A DNA stretch of 64,000 bases from positions 1,120,001-1,184,000 of the forward strand of contig OZ244170.1 in the NCBI GenBank assembly GCA_965216565.1, in the 5' to 3' direction. Of the stretch, positions 19,737-29,898 are shown one piece after another. Numbering within the stretch: the stretch's first letter is position 1; each line of letters starts with the position of its first letter. Below the pieces are notes generated by a model. The model did not search any database. It saw only the letters and a program-made list of their open reading frames with translations, and had not been told where the DNA came from. Source of the DNA: Bythopirellula sp. (lineage in GTDB: Bacteria > Planctomycetota > Planctomycetia > Pirellulales > Lacipirellulaceae). The position numbers and the translations under genes were made by a program.

Positions 19737-21244
19737 GGTGGAATTCGCCCAACGCTGATTTCCATCATGCACAGTTCATGAATCAGCTCGGCCTGGAATC
19801 GGTCTCGAACTTCGTTTCGAGTTTCGAGCCTACTGTCGTCGTAGGGGAGCCACTCCGACAGAATCCAAAGTCGGGAGCCGGGGGAATGCGAGTCGACAAA
19901 TTCTTCCAGCGAGCGTTTGCGCCCTTCTTTGTATTCGACGAAGATGGAGAAGCTCGATATTTCCCACTCGTCGTCCAAGTAGTAGTCCAGCGCCGTGGCG
20001 ATGTAAGGGTTTGCGACCAGCACCGGCATATTGCCGTACTCGTGGTCCTCAAGATATTGTGCCACTGCCCGAAAATCTTCTTTGGCATATCGAGGGTCGT
20101 TGTGCCGGTTGTAGACGGCAATACCGTTGAGCACCAACAGCAGACATACGGCCGGGAGCACTAGTTTGCGATGCGATAATTGGGCGGCGCCAGCTCCCAG
20201 CCAAAGCACATAGGGAAGTGCAATCCAAATGACATAGCGGTAAGTACATCCAACGCCAAACAGATTGCCTGCGTAGCCGACCAGGGGAACCATTGCCACC
20301 AGAAATACGGCCAACATTCCCAACCATTTTGAATCCTTTAGGGTCAGATAAGCAAAGTAAGAGAGCGTGGCGAGCGCAACTCCGGTGGCAGCAACCCATG
20401 GCAAGAACATTCGGATACCCTCTGCCGCTGAGATACTCCTCAGTTCGCGCATGGAGGGGCCAAAGGTAAAGCCGGAGACCTGAATTAGAAAGGTATAAGC
20501 CCAAGCCTCGATATCAAACCAGGCGACGAGACTGCCAGCGGGCATGTTTTCCGTGGCATCCAACAAGATGAGCGCCACTGGGATTGAAAACAGGGCACAG
20601 CCAGCCAGTACGATCCACGCATACCGCCATGTGCCGTGGGTCCGGGTCACCCACAGCGCCGACAGCCAGAGCACTGCCAGAAATGGGACCGCGTAGTAGT
20701 GACAATACAGTGCCAATAAACTCGCAAACCCGAGACACAACCAATCTTTGAATTTAGAAGTGCGGCTCAATCGAACCGCGGCCCACATGGCGATGCAGCA
20801 AAAAAGAAAATAGAAGCCGTAAGCACGTCCCTCGCGACTGAAGTGGATGTGGAACGGAGAAACTGCCAGGAGGAAAGCGGACCATAGCCCCACTCTCGTG
20901 CCCGCGATCTCTTTCCCAATCATCCAGACAACAACTACTGCCAAAACTCCACAGACGACACTAACCCAGCGCAATGTCAGGTCGGTGCCCGTCGCTTTGA
21001 CGCAGGACGACAGCACAAAGCGATAAAACGGAGGGAACCGGTCATCGTCTTCGTCCATGATGATGCTCTGAAGCGAAGCGTGCGCTGAGTTGATCTCCGA
21101 CACTTCATCAGATGTAAAACCTGTGCCATTGAGATCCCAAGCGCGAATCAGTAAGGCAAATACGACGATAACGGCTAGCCAGTAAGCTATAGAGTTCACT
21201 TCATTTGATTGGTGGAGATCAGTATTGGACTGTGAGGTTGTCAT
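19733..21244 (-). CDS. GT-C fold membrane glycosyltransferase (PMT/ArnT-like, GT39/GT83)
   Basis: First-loop DE motif (FTSDE), PPFY, SREGRAY, many TM helices and a periplasmic C-terminal domain. Confidence 0.82.
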   Translation of the reverse strand: MTTSQSNTDLHQSNEVNSIAYWLAVIVVFALLIRAWDLNGTGFTSDEVSEINSAHASLQSIIMDEDDDRFPPFYRFVLSSCVKATGTDLTLRWVSVVCGVLAVVVVWMIGKEIAGTRVGLWSAFLLAVSPFHIHFSREGRAYGFYFLFCCIAMWAAVRLSRTSKFKDWLCLGFASLLALYCHYYAVPFLAVLWLSALWVTRTHGTWRYAWIVLAGCALFSIPVALILLDATENMPAGSLVAWFDIEAWAYTFLIQVSGFTFGPSMRELRSISAAEGIRMFLPWVAATGVALATLSYFAYLTLKDSKWLGMLAVFLVAMVPLVGYAGNLFGVGCTYRYVIWIALPYVLWLGAGAAQLSHRKLVLPAVCLLLVLNGIAVYNRHNDPRYAKEDFRAVAQYLEDHEYGNMPVLVANPYIATALDYYLDDEWEISSFSIFVEYKEGRKRSLEEFVDSHSPGSRLWILSEWLPYDDSRLETRNEVRDRFQAELIHELCMMEISVGRIPP

Positions 21245-21301
21245 TATCGGTGTGCAATATCAGCAGGGTGTTACTATTCGCGGTATGGATGCAGAAAGCA
21301 C

Positions 21302-22354
21302 TTAGTTGTTTGATAATTCTTCAAGCCGATGATCGATTTCTTGGAGCAGAGCAGGATCCAGTCGGTCCTCGTTTCTATTGTAAATTGCGCTGAGTTCCAG
21401 GTCTTTAATCTTCGGCTCTGAAAGTCCGAGAATCTTGCAGCCCACGTGGTTCAAGAGAACTTCCGGCTTGCTACACAATTCTTCATAGGATGTGACGAAA
21501 AATCGTTCCGAGCCGAGTCGTTCGGCCTGGGTGTTTGCGAGGTTCTGGTGGTACAGAATCTGTTTGCAGATAGAGCTAATTGGATCGTCTAGATCAGAAG
21601 TTTCCGGCGACACTAGCCCATACGGTTTTGCAATGGTTCCGTTAATAAGTAGCCGTGCTTGGTAAAGCGATTGTGCCATGTACCGTGGCTCGCGAGTGAT
21701 GCAAATGAAATAGCTGTTTTCCAAAATGTCAGCAATCAAGTGTGCGATGGAATTCAAGCTATTGCACTTAGCCAGCAGTGCTCGTGGAAACGCTGCTTCC
21801 CAGGCGGCGAAAAACTGTTGCATCTCTTCGGCAGTCTCGGCATTGATTTCGAAATGTGGGTGTTGGCGATCTTCGCCCAGCCACCGATCCCACACATACA
21901 AGGCATCGTTCATGCCTGAAAAGCCAGTGGTTCTTCCGTAGAAATTATGGGCCGGTTGTCGATTCAGCTTCATAACGCCCGGCACTAGCTTCTGCGCAGT
22001 GATTGGCGAACGTGGGAAGAGGGACGAAAGATTCGTAAAGTAGGAAAATGGAAAGTGCTGAGCGAGAAATTGAACCGCGCAGGTTGTCCCGGTACGAGGT
22101 CCTCCACAAACGAAGATCTGCGGCAGGGAAGAGGGCGGAGCCGAATCGTACTTGCGACGTTCGAGCGGGGAAAGAAGTAGATCGAAAGGAGTGGCGGCCA
22201 TACCCAGTAAAGCGGCGGTAATGGCAAAGAGCGCAGCGGGATCGCGAGTTGCGATCAGCCTTTTAGTAAGTCCTATCGGATCTCGAAAGTGTGCCGGTAC
22301 AAATCTGTGTACCAGACGTCGCGCATAGCTCGGCTCAGAATTGAGTCTGCTCAT
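21302..22354 (-). CDS. PAPS-dependent sulfotransferase
   Basis: 5'-PSB loop GGPRTGTT, 3'-PB motif REPRYMAQS, YEELC. Confidence 0.85.
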   Translation of the reverse strand: MSRLNSEPSYARRLVHRFVPAHFRDPIGLTKRLIATRDPAALFAITAALLGMAATPFDLLLSPLERRKYDSAPPSSLPQIFVCGGPRTGTTCAVQFLAQHFPFSYFTNLSSLFPRSPITAQKLVPGVMKLNRQPAHNFYGRTTGFSGMNDALYVWDRWLGEDRQHPHFEINAETAEEMQQFFAAWEAAFPRALLAKCNSLNSIAHLIADILENSYFICITREPRYMAQSLYQARLLINGTIAKPYGLVSPETSDLDDPISSICKQILYHQNLANTQAERLGSERFFVTSYEELCSKPEVLLNHVGCKILGLSEPKIKDLELSAIYNRNEDRLDPALLQEIDHRLEELSNN

Positions 22355-23334
22355 GCCTCTGCTTTCATGCCAGGCATAGACTGAGAAATGCTCTCCGCTT
22401 TTAGTTGGGCCTGCACTGCCTGGCAATGTTCTGCCAGGGTGACCACCTGATGGGATTCGGCCAGCAGATCTACGACATTTCCAACCAGGGCCAGCTTGTC
22501 GCGCGACTTGCCTTTCATCGCCGGAAAGAAAGACAAGTCTTGTTCGTCCTCTGAACCAAGAAAGTCGAGTGGATGTAGCAGAAGCGAAGGTTCTACCCGA
22601 AACAAACGACACATCCCTAAAGCAAAGCGGAAATAGGTCAGCGCCAGGAAGCGTGAATACTCCGCCAGATACAGCAAATAACTGACATGGATTGGCAGCT
22701 TAAAGAGGGGCATGGTCGTGACGGGGATTTCCACCAGATCGCCAGGCAAATCTTGCCACACGTAAGGACGCAAGGGTCGGAATCCTTCGCTGAATGTTCC
22801 GAACAGTTTTTTCCGCTCTGCTCGTTGGCTGCGGTCCAGGTTCGAGCGGAAGAAATAGTACATGCGTGCCAGCGGACCGAGAAACATGGGAAATGTCGAG
22901 CAGTCGTATTGGTATCCACGTCTAGCTAACTCGCTTAGCAGTTGTCGGGAAAAGCTGAATCCAGGCCCTCGGAAACCAAGGGGACGTTGGCCGGTGGATT
23001 GTTCGATGGCCTCTTCGGCTTGCTGCAACTCGGCGGCAATTTGCTCGGAAGAGTAGAGATGCAACCAGGGCTCGTGATGAAAAGAATGGTTGCCGATCTC
23101 GTGGCCGGCGTCCGCAATCGATTTTAAGGCCGCTTTGTTTTTCTCCAGGGCAGCGTCTTGGCCGACAACAAAGAATGTAATCGTGAGCTGTCGGGCCGAC
23201 AGGAAATCCAGCACTCTAGGGACAACAAGATCCAAGTAGCTCGGGAAATCTTCCCAGCCTTTGTCGCCATGGGTCTTCAAATAAGACCATTTGTTATCAA
23301 GATCGAGCGACAAGCTCGCAATTGGCCTTGACAT
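22351..23334 (-). CDS. Polysaccharide deacetylase (CE4/NodB-like)
   Basis: SLDLD, TFFVVG, HEIGNHSFHH, GFRGPG, LLHPLD. Confidence 0.88.
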   Translation of the reverse strand: MSRPIASLSLDLDNKWSYLKTHGDKGWEDFPSYLDLVVPRVLDFLSARQLTITFFVVGQDAALEKNKAALKSIADAGHEIGNHSFHHEPWLHLYSSEQIAAELQQAEEAIEQSTGQRPLGFRGPGFSFSRQLLSELARRGYQYDCSTFPMFLGPLARMYYFFRSNLDRSQRAERKKLFGTFSEGFRPLRPYVWQDLPGDLVEIPVTTMPLFKLPIHVSYLLYLAEYSRFLALTYFRFALGMCRLFRVEPSLLLHPLDFLGSEDEQDLSFFPAMKGKSRDKLALVGNVVDLLAESHQVVTLAEHCQAVQAQLKAESISQSMPGMKAEA

Positions 23335-24730
23335 GATTCGTGTTGTGTTGAATAGGGTTACTTGAGAGAGTTGTCGAATTGCAAGCGGGCAAAAGGTGCT
23401 CAGCAAAAGCGTCATCTGCTACGCCAATCACTTCGTTGACATTGAGCGTTCCCTTAACAATTTGGGCAGAATTTACAACAAACAATCCTGGCAAGGACGT
23501 CGCCACCGAGGGTAGGTGCTCAGAGTAGTTGAGCGTTGGTAATGCCATGACGTTCTTCACGCGGGAGACGCGAAACGCCTCCACCTCCATCCGGTCGAAC
23601 TTGGGATACATGGATTCTAATGCAGAGAAGAACTTCTCTTGCAGTTCCTCGTCGGTCCAGTTCCAAGAAGGGTCGTCTGCGGAAACGTAACGCGGCAGAT
23701 AAACGAGGTGCCGATCTGCCATCTCTGTGGGATCGACCAAGGTTGTCATTTCAATGACTGCCGTGAAGGGAACCCAGGAGTCTGTGATATTTGTCACATA
23801 GTACTTGGCCAAGTTTCGCTTCATCAGCACAGAAGCACAAAGAATGCCAAGATATTCGATTTTGGTATGAGCTGTTCTTTCGCTCTCGGTTAATTGGGGG
23901 CACAAGTGAGGGACCACCGAGGAAGGGGCAGTTACTACCACGCGATCGAATTGCTGGGGTTCATGAAGATCCGACTCCACTAGAAACGAGTCATCTGGCT
24001 GCTGGGTAACTCTGTTGATCGGGAACGAGGTCTTTAGCTCAACGCCCAAATCTTTCAAATGGTGAGAGAACGTCTCGAGTACCCGTGCGTATCCGCCAGG
24101 CACATAGCCGAACATTTCCTTCTTCAGGCCGCTATGGCGGGCTTGATACATGCGTGCAATCGTGGCCCAAATGAATGCAGCGGAAACACGTTGATAAGTC
24201 TTGCCGAGTTTTGCTTGTAATAGAGGCAGCCAAATCTTCTTGAAGGTCCCCGCCCCCGACCATTTCGTCAGCCAATCAGCTACCAGCTGCTTCTCGAGCG
24301 GTTGCCAATTGCGAATCTTCGATGCCCAAAGAATTGTCATTGCAAGCCGACATTTTTCGACCAGGCCAAGGGGAGGGAAACGAAGGAACTCCCAACTGCT
24401 GGACATCGAGTGCAACGTGCCCTCGGTGTAGAAGCCGGTCTTCGTTTCTACCCACTTCATGTCAGATTCAAGATCGAGTTCCGCAAGCAGATTGCGTAAT
24501 CGCAAATCGGAAAGCAGTGTCACGTGATAGTGCCGATCCCACGTCACGTCGCCAAGTTGCCAGGCACTTGCCAAACCACCTAGTTCAGGTCCCGCCTCTA
24601 TTAGCGTGACGTTCTGTCCTGCCTTTGCTAGTCGATGGGCAAGCGTCATCCCCAGCATCCCGCCGCCAACGATAGCCCAACGGCAAGACGGTTCAGATTG
24701 GGCTTCGGCAATCTTGCTCATTTCTGACAA
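23297..24730 (-). CDS. FAD-dependent oxidoreductase (protoporphyrinogen oxidase-like family)
   Basis: Rossmann motif VGGGMLG, E...LGGLA, DRHYHV, GYVPGGY. Confidence 0.82.
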   Translation of the reverse strand: MSEMSKIAEAQSEPSCRWAIVGGGMLGMTLAHRLAKAGQNVTLIEAGPELGGLASAWQLGDVTWDRHYHVTLLSDLRLRNLLAELDLESDMKWVETKTGFYTEGTLHSMSSSWEFLRFPPLGLVEKCRLAMTILWASKIRNWQPLEKQLVADWLTKWSGAGTFKKIWLPLLQAKLGKTYQRVSAAFIWATIARMYQARHSGLKKEMFGYVPGGYARVLETFSHHLKDLGVELKTSFPINRVTQQPDDSFLVESDLHEPQQFDRVVVTAPSSVVPHLCPQLTESERTAHTKIEYLGILCASVLMKRNLAKYYVTNITDSWVPFTAVIEMTTLVDPTEMADRHLVYLPRYVSADDPSWNWTDEELQEKFFSALESMYPKFDRMEVEAFRVSRVKNVMALPTLNYSEHLPSVATSLPGLFVVNSAQIVKGTLNVNEVIGVADDAFAEHLLPACNSTTLSSNPIQHNTNHVKANCELVARS

Positions 24731-25374
24731 CCTGCCTGTGAGTTACTCTCCATCGTCAGATCGCTCACCACACCGTGGTCTACTCTATATCCTGCCGAGC
24801 ACTTGGTACACGTAACAGTTTGGACATCGAGAGGTTCACCAGCCGTCCATTTACAAAGTGGTTTGCCACATCGGCAGACGCAGCCAACTGAGCGGGCTGG
24901 ATTGCCCAGGACTAGATGAAATTCGGGCACATCGCGCGTGACGACACTCCCCATACCGATCATTGCGAATTGGCCAATGGTAAGTCCGCTGCCTACCACG
25001 CAGCCGGCACCGATTGTTGCACCGCGACATACTGTGGTTTGTAACGTTTCTGCATTGGGGTCAGAACTCAGGGGTGATTTCAAATCGGGCGAAGTCGCTC
25101 GGGGGAATTGATCGTTTGTAAAAACTGTCCCGGCACTTACCATCACTCCATCTTCGATAGTCACGCCATAGCACACATAGACCATGGCATTAATTTTCAC
25201 CCGGTGCCCAATCTGCACATCGTAAGCAATATACGACTTCTCGCCGACAATGCACTGTTCGCCCAAAGACGCGCCGTGCCGGATATGGACACTGTCCCAA
25301 ATCGCGGTGCCCGCACCCAATTGAACATTGTCTTCGACAATCGCGGTTGGGTGAATTCGGACTTCGCTGGACAT
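24718..25374 (-). CDS. Hexapeptide-repeat N-acyltransferase, WbpD/WlbB-like
   Basis: IHPTAIVE, left-handed beta-helix repeats, VFTND..PR, GNPAR, C-terminal CxCG..CxxC. Confidence 0.88.
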   Translation of the reverse strand: MSSEVRIHPTAIVEDNVQLGAGTAIWDSVHIRHGASLGEQCIVGEKSYIAYDVQIGHRVKINAMVYVCYGVTIEDGVMVSAGTVFTNDQFPRATSPDLKSPLSSDPNAETLQTTVCRGATIGAGCVVGSGLTIGQFAMIGMGSVVTRDVPEFHLVLGNPARSVGCVCRCGKPLCKWTAGEPLDVQTVTCTKCSAGYRVDHGVVSDLTMESNSQAGCQK

Positions 25375-25377
25375 AGT

Positions 25378-26400
25378 TCAAGAACTCATGGCAGATTGAG
25401 GGCTGTCGCTAGGCAAGATCGGTTCCCAATCACCTTGACGCATTCCACGGTAGGCGGCTTCGATGACCTCGACAGAGGCCAAGGCGTCTTCTGGAGTTAC
25501 GACTAGCGATTGACGCCCCTGGATGGCCGCGGCAAAGTTTTCGAGCTGCCTCTGGAAAGCGTCTACTTTATTGTATCCGCCTCCGAATACGTTCCAGTGT
25601 TCTTCGCCCGAGCGGCGATACTTGGATTCCTGCCAGCCGATGAGCAGAGTCCCGGCACTACCATAGATGGAGATGAAATAGGGCTGCTCCTTATTCACAC
25701 TCCAGGAAAGATCAATACTCGCTAGGACGCCCGATTCGCTGCGGACGAAAAAACGGACTGTGTCTTCAACCGGAAGATCCTGGATGCGATTGCCTTCCAT
25801 CGCTTGCACTTCGGATAGTCGGCCGAGAAAAAAACGGGTGATGTCCACTGAATGGGTGCCGTTGTCAATTAGCACGCCTCCTCCAGAGATAGCTGGATCG
25901 GAGTTCCACCTCTTCGACATGTCGACGCGACCTGTGAACACATTTTCGAAAAGGACAATTTCTCCGATCAAACCCGACTCGACAATCGCCTTGGCCACAC
26001 TTACGTCGGCTACATAGCGAAACTTCGACGCCATAGTGAACACCATGCCATTGAAGTCTGCGCAGTCAAGAATCTGTTTTGCGGATGTTGAATCGATAGA
26101 CAGTGGCTTCTCGCACAATACATGAAGTTTGCGAGAGAGTAGATCGCAGCAGACGTCTTTATGAGTGACTGGTGGCGTGCAAACGACAACCGCATCCAGA
26201 TCCATTTCCTCGGTCATTTGGTCCAGATTGTGGAAAGCCAGGCAGTTGTTTGCTTCGGCAAAAGCCTCGGCAGCTTCTGGTCGGCAGTCAGCTGCTGCAC
26301 TCAATTCAATGTGCTCGGAAGTGGCAAACGCTTGGGCGTACGCTTGGGCAATGGCTCCAGTACCAACGATGCCAAATATTACGGGTGTGGTCTTCTTCAT
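25378..26400 (-). CDS. Gfo/Idh/MocA NAD-dependent sugar-nucleotide oxidoreductase
   Basis: VGTGAIA, CEKPL, GGGVLIDNGTH. Confidence 0.88.
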   Translation of the reverse strand: MKKTTPVIFGIVGTGAIAQAYAQAFATSEHIELSAAADCRPEAAEAFAEANNCLAFHNLDQMTEEMDLDAVVVCTPPVTHKDVCCDLLSRKLHVLCEKPLSIDSTSAKQILDCADFNGMVFTMASKFRYVADVSVAKAIVESGLIGEIVLFENVFTGRVDMSKRWNSDPAISGGGVLIDNGTHSVDITRFFLGRLSEVQAMEGNRIQDLPVEDTVRFFVRSESGVLASIDLSWSVNKEQPYFISIYGSAGTLLIGWQESKYRRSGEEHWNVFGGGYNKVDAFQRQLENFAAAIQGRQSLVVTPEDALASVEVIEAAYRGMRQGDWEPILPSDSPQSAMSS

Positions 26401-26417
26401 CTAGGAGCTTTCTATGC

Positions 26418-27653
26418 CTAGGAGTGCGTGAGCTCGGTGTACGCGTCGCGGATGCTAGTGATGACGTACTCGACATGTTCTGAGGTGTAACGTTCGTTGA
26501 GTGGCAAGACTAGGACGTTCGCGAGTGCCTTGTAGGTACCTGGGAATTGTTCGGGAGAGTAGTCGAGAGCCTCACAACGAGCTTCAGTGAACGGGAAACG
26601 ACTGTTGCCGAATGTTCGTTGTTCGCGGAAGATTTCGCATTCGAACGCAGGTTTTTGGATATAGCGAGGAGCGCAGAAGATGCTGCGGTTTCGTAGATTT
26701 TGAGCCAAGCCATCGATTCCCCCCGTCAAGGCTTCGGAGTCGACCTGCAAGCAGTACTTCCAATAGGTATGAACAGCTTGCGGCTCGACCTGAGGAGTTG
26801 AAATGCCGGGAAGTCCAGCCAGCCCCTCATCAAACGCGGTGGCTATATTGCGCCTTCGTTCGACGAAGTCGCCGAGTTTATCCATTTGGGCTACCGCCAC
26901 GGCACCCGAGAGTTCGTTCATTCTGTAATTCAAAGCAAGAAAATAGTGGTCAGGATTCTTGTCCCCGTAGCCCCAGGCTTTGTTAATAAACAGGAACATT
27001 CTGCGGGCCAGGTCTTCGTTGTCGGTCGTAACCAGGCCGCCCTCGCCGGTGGTAATGTGTTTGCCTTGTTGCAGGCTGAAACAACCGATGTCGCCCAAAG
27101 TTCCGACCGGTTTCCCATCGTACAAAGCCCCGAAGGCCTGGGCACAATCCTCGATCACCGGAATGTTTCGTCCACGAGCCAGCTCCATGATTTCGTTCAT
27201 GTTGGCCGGATTGCCAAATAGGTGTGTTACCATGATGGCCTTGGTGCGCTCGCTAAGGACCTTTTCGATCGAATCGGCCGTCAAGTTGTAGGTCAGCGGA
27301 TCTACGTCGGCAAACATCGGGATAGCCGATTGATAGAGGATCGGAGTGAGCGCTCCCATATCGGTGATGGAAGTCGTCACCACCTCGTCGCCCGGTTCGG
27401 GATCAATTGCTGCCAAGGCTGTATGAAGGGCGGCAGTTCCGGAAGAACAGGCGTAAGCGTTCCCGACTCCAATTAGCTCCGCAAAACGCTTCTCAAACTG
27501 CTTTACCCACTGGCCTTTCGTGCTGGTGAGCGTGCCGCTTTCGATAACTGCCGCAAGTTGCGATATTTCTTCATCGCCCATTTCACGGCCCGATGCATCT
27601 TGGTCGGATGGCAATTGCATGAGCTGTTCGTTTTGTTGGGTGTCTGTCGCCAC
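26418..27653 (-). CDS. DegT/DnrJ/EryC1/StrS PLP-dependent sugar aminotransferase
   Basis: SSGTAAL, EDCAQA, FSLQQGKHITTGEGG. Confidence 0.92.
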   Translation of the reverse strand: MATDTQQNEQLMQLPSDQDASGREMGDEEISQLAAVIESGTLTSTKGQWVKQFEKRFAELIGVGNAYACSSGTAALHTALAAIDPEPGDEVVTTSITDMGALTPILYQSAIPMFADVDPLTYNLTADSIEKVLSERTKAIMVTHLFGNPANMNEIMELARGRNIPVIEDCAQAFGALYDGKPVGTLGDIGCFSLQQGKHITTGEGGLVTTDNEDLARRMFLFINKAWGYGDKNPDHYFLALNYRMNELSGAVAVAQMDKLGDFVERRRNIATAFDEGLAGLPGISTPQVEPQAVHTYWKYCLQVDSEALTGGIDGLAQNLRNRSIFCAPRYIQKPAFECEIFREQRTFGNSRFPFTEARCEALDYSPEQFPGTYKALANVLVLPLNERYTSEHVEYVITSIRDAYTELTHS

Positions 27654-27729
27654 CGAGTTCTCACTTTCTCTTTTTTTAATCTAGAGTCCTATTCTAACTG
27701 CTCACCGCACCGATGCGAATTACTGAGTA

Positions 27730-28524
27730 TCACTCGAACTTGCTACGCAGGATCAAGCTCATCAATTTCAGGTGTTTGAGCCCTTCGCGAATGACTTTCA
27801 TTTTCGATTGGCCCGCGATTCGTTTTCTCAAGGTAGCCGGATGTTCGATGATGGTTCCTCCCGCACGATCCAACCTCCAGAGAAGCTCGACCACGCCGAC
27901 GTAGCCGCGATTGATGGGCTGGAGATCAACGACCCGACTCCGACGGTAAACTCGGAAGCAACCGGTGTAGCAGTGGAGTTTGGTGCGGAGCAGTAACCAG
28001 TAGATATTCGATACGCGTCGCGAGAGCCAAAGCCGCCACAAAGGGATGTTGTCTACTTTGCCCTCAGGGTGATACGGGGAGGCTGCCACTAAATCGACGT
28101 CATCGGTCATCAGTGGCACCATCTCGCGGATGAGTTTGATGTCGTACGAGTTATCGGCATCCATAGAAACGACTAACTCGCTTTGGGCATGTGCGATGCC
28201 AGTATGAATGGCAGCAGCAATGCCGCGATTCTCCGCGTGAGCCACGACTCGGAAATGATCTTGGAATTCGACGGCTTGCTTCAGCAGCTCCGCTGTGCCG
28301 TCGTTACTGCCATCGTCTACCAAGATGAAATTGAAGTCAAAGATATCGCCTTGCTCGACTTCCAATTCTTGTAACACCTCTATTAGACCATCAATACATT
28401 CCCGTTCGTTATAAATCGGGACCACGACACTCACTTGCTGCAGATCGGTGGCAGGCTCTCCAGAGCGCGCAGTGCGAGCCAACCCTTGGGTGGCGATCGT
28501 AGCTGAGGGAGTGTGGTTGGTCAT
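27730..28524 (-). CDS. GT2 polyprenol-phosphate glycosyltransferase (DPM1/ArnC-like)
   Basis: VVVPIYNE, VDDGSNDGT, NRG, MDAD, ASPY, C-terminal GQSKM; start chosen at ATG 28524. Confidence 0.85.
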   Translation of the reverse strand: MTNHTPSATIATQGLARTARSGEPATDLQQVSVVVPIYNERECIDGLIEVLQELEVEQGDIFDFNFILVDDGSNDGTAELLKQAVEFQDHFRVVAHAENRGIAAAIHTGIAHAQSELVVSMDADNSYDIKLIREMVPLMTDDVDLVAASPYHPEGKVDNIPLWRLWLSRRVSNIYWLLLRTKLHCYTGCFRVYRRSRVVDLQPINRGYVGVVELLWRLDRAGGTIIEHPATLRKRIAGQSKMKVIREGLKHLKLMSLILRSKFE

Positions 28525-28543
28525 GAGGTACTTGGAAGTTTTC

Positions 28544-29791
28544 TTAGGCGATAGTGCTTGCCTTTTCGGCAATAGTGTTTCCCGAAGGAAGGCTCTCACG
28601 GACTGAGCGATCTTGTCGTTTCGAGGCCAAGGATCGGGCTTGCTCGTAGATTTCAAGTAATCGTTGGATATTCTGCTCGGCGGTGAAACTTGTTTCGAAT
28701 CGATGTCGGGCAGCTTCACGCATTTCTAAATGCGTTTTCGACGGTAGGGAGACGAACTCATTGAGGCTATCACACAGGTCTTTTGCGTCGCCGGGTGTGA
28801 AGAGAATGCCAGTCCTGCCTGGTTCAACAAGCTCCTGCATGGCACCCAGATTCGAGGCGATGACGGGCGTTCCCGATGCGAACGCTTCGACCGTTGTTCT
28901 GCCAAAGGTCTCGTACCAAATCGATGGCATGATTAAGGCCTGCGCGGAACCCACAATGGGGTGCAGTGCTGACAAATCGAGATGCCCGAGCCACTCAATT
29001 CGAGAATCTTTACTACTGGCCGCTTGGACCTGTTTTGCGGAGGGGCCATTTCCAATGATCTTGAGAGTTGGCAACTGCGGGTCGAGTTCCCAGGCATCCA
29101 ATAGAGTGGCGATACCCTTCTCTGGAGAGAGCCTGCCGACGAAGACAAAATAATCACCTTCCCCGTTTCCTGCTGGCGGAACGGGATTCACCATATTGTG
29201 CTTCACTGTGATTTGGGAGGGATGAAAACCAGCTTCCAAGAATCTCTGGCGAGCAAATTCTGTTGGTGTAAAAAACAAATCGACATGTTTCCGCCATGTC
29301 CCCAATGCCCGATGCAAAGTAACCATTGATGTTACAGCAGTGCTGGCGGCAAAGCTGTCGCGGTAACATCGGTGACGAATTGCCGGCCAAGGCACTGATC
29401 TGCCGAAACAATCGTGGCAGGGTTGATTATCCCTCATGAGATAAGAACCTGGGCAGATTAGTCGGTAGTTCTGCAACGCTTGAACAACGGCGATCCCCTG
29501 GCTTGAAGCCTCGCGTAATACCGAGGGGGAAATCAGCGGAAACGAGTTTGTTACGTGAAAGACTTCGGGCCGATATTTGGCGACTAACTCTCGCACGTCG
29601 CGGGCTGCTTGACGGTTCCAATGGAGTTTTTGTGCAATTGCAAGGCTAGACTTAGTGACAAGCTCCTTGTTCTCGCGTCGGTACTCAAAGACTTCGTGAC
29701 CTGCTTCTCTGAGCAGATCACGCTCTTCCTCGTAGACGCAATCCTCACCGCCCCGTTGCTGGTAATAGCTATGGCACAACAGAACTCGCAT
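28544..29791 (-). CDS. GT4 family glycosyltransferase
   Basis: YQQRGGE, GRLSPEKG, PSIWYETFGRTTVEAF (EX7E). Confidence 0.9.
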   Translation of the reverse strand: MRVLLCHSYYQQRGGEDCVYEEERDLLREAGHEVFEYRRENKELVTKSSLAIAQKLHWNRQAARDVRELVAKYRPEVFHVTNSFPLISPSVLREASSQGIAVVQALQNYRLICPGSYLMRDNQPCHDCFGRSVPWPAIRHRCYRDSFAASTAVTSMVTLHRALGTWRKHVDLFFTPTEFARQRFLEAGFHPSQITVKHNMVNPVPPAGNGEGDYFVFVGRLSPEKGIATLLDAWELDPQLPTLKIIGNGPSAKQVQAASSKDSRIEWLGHLDLSALHPIVGSAQALIMPSIWYETFGRTTVEAFASGTPVIASNLGAMQELVEPGRTGILFTPGDAKDLCDSLNEFVSLPSKTHLEMREAARHRFETSFTAEQNIQRLLEIYEQARSLASKRQDRSVRESLPSGNTIAEKASTIA

Positions 29792-29898
29792 TAATCAAGC
29801 TCCTTATCAACGATCCGGATAAAGAACCTTGGCGAATTAAATTGTCTCAGGCCAGCGAATTGTTCTATTTGGCAAAGCATTGTCGAGCAAGGAAGACT

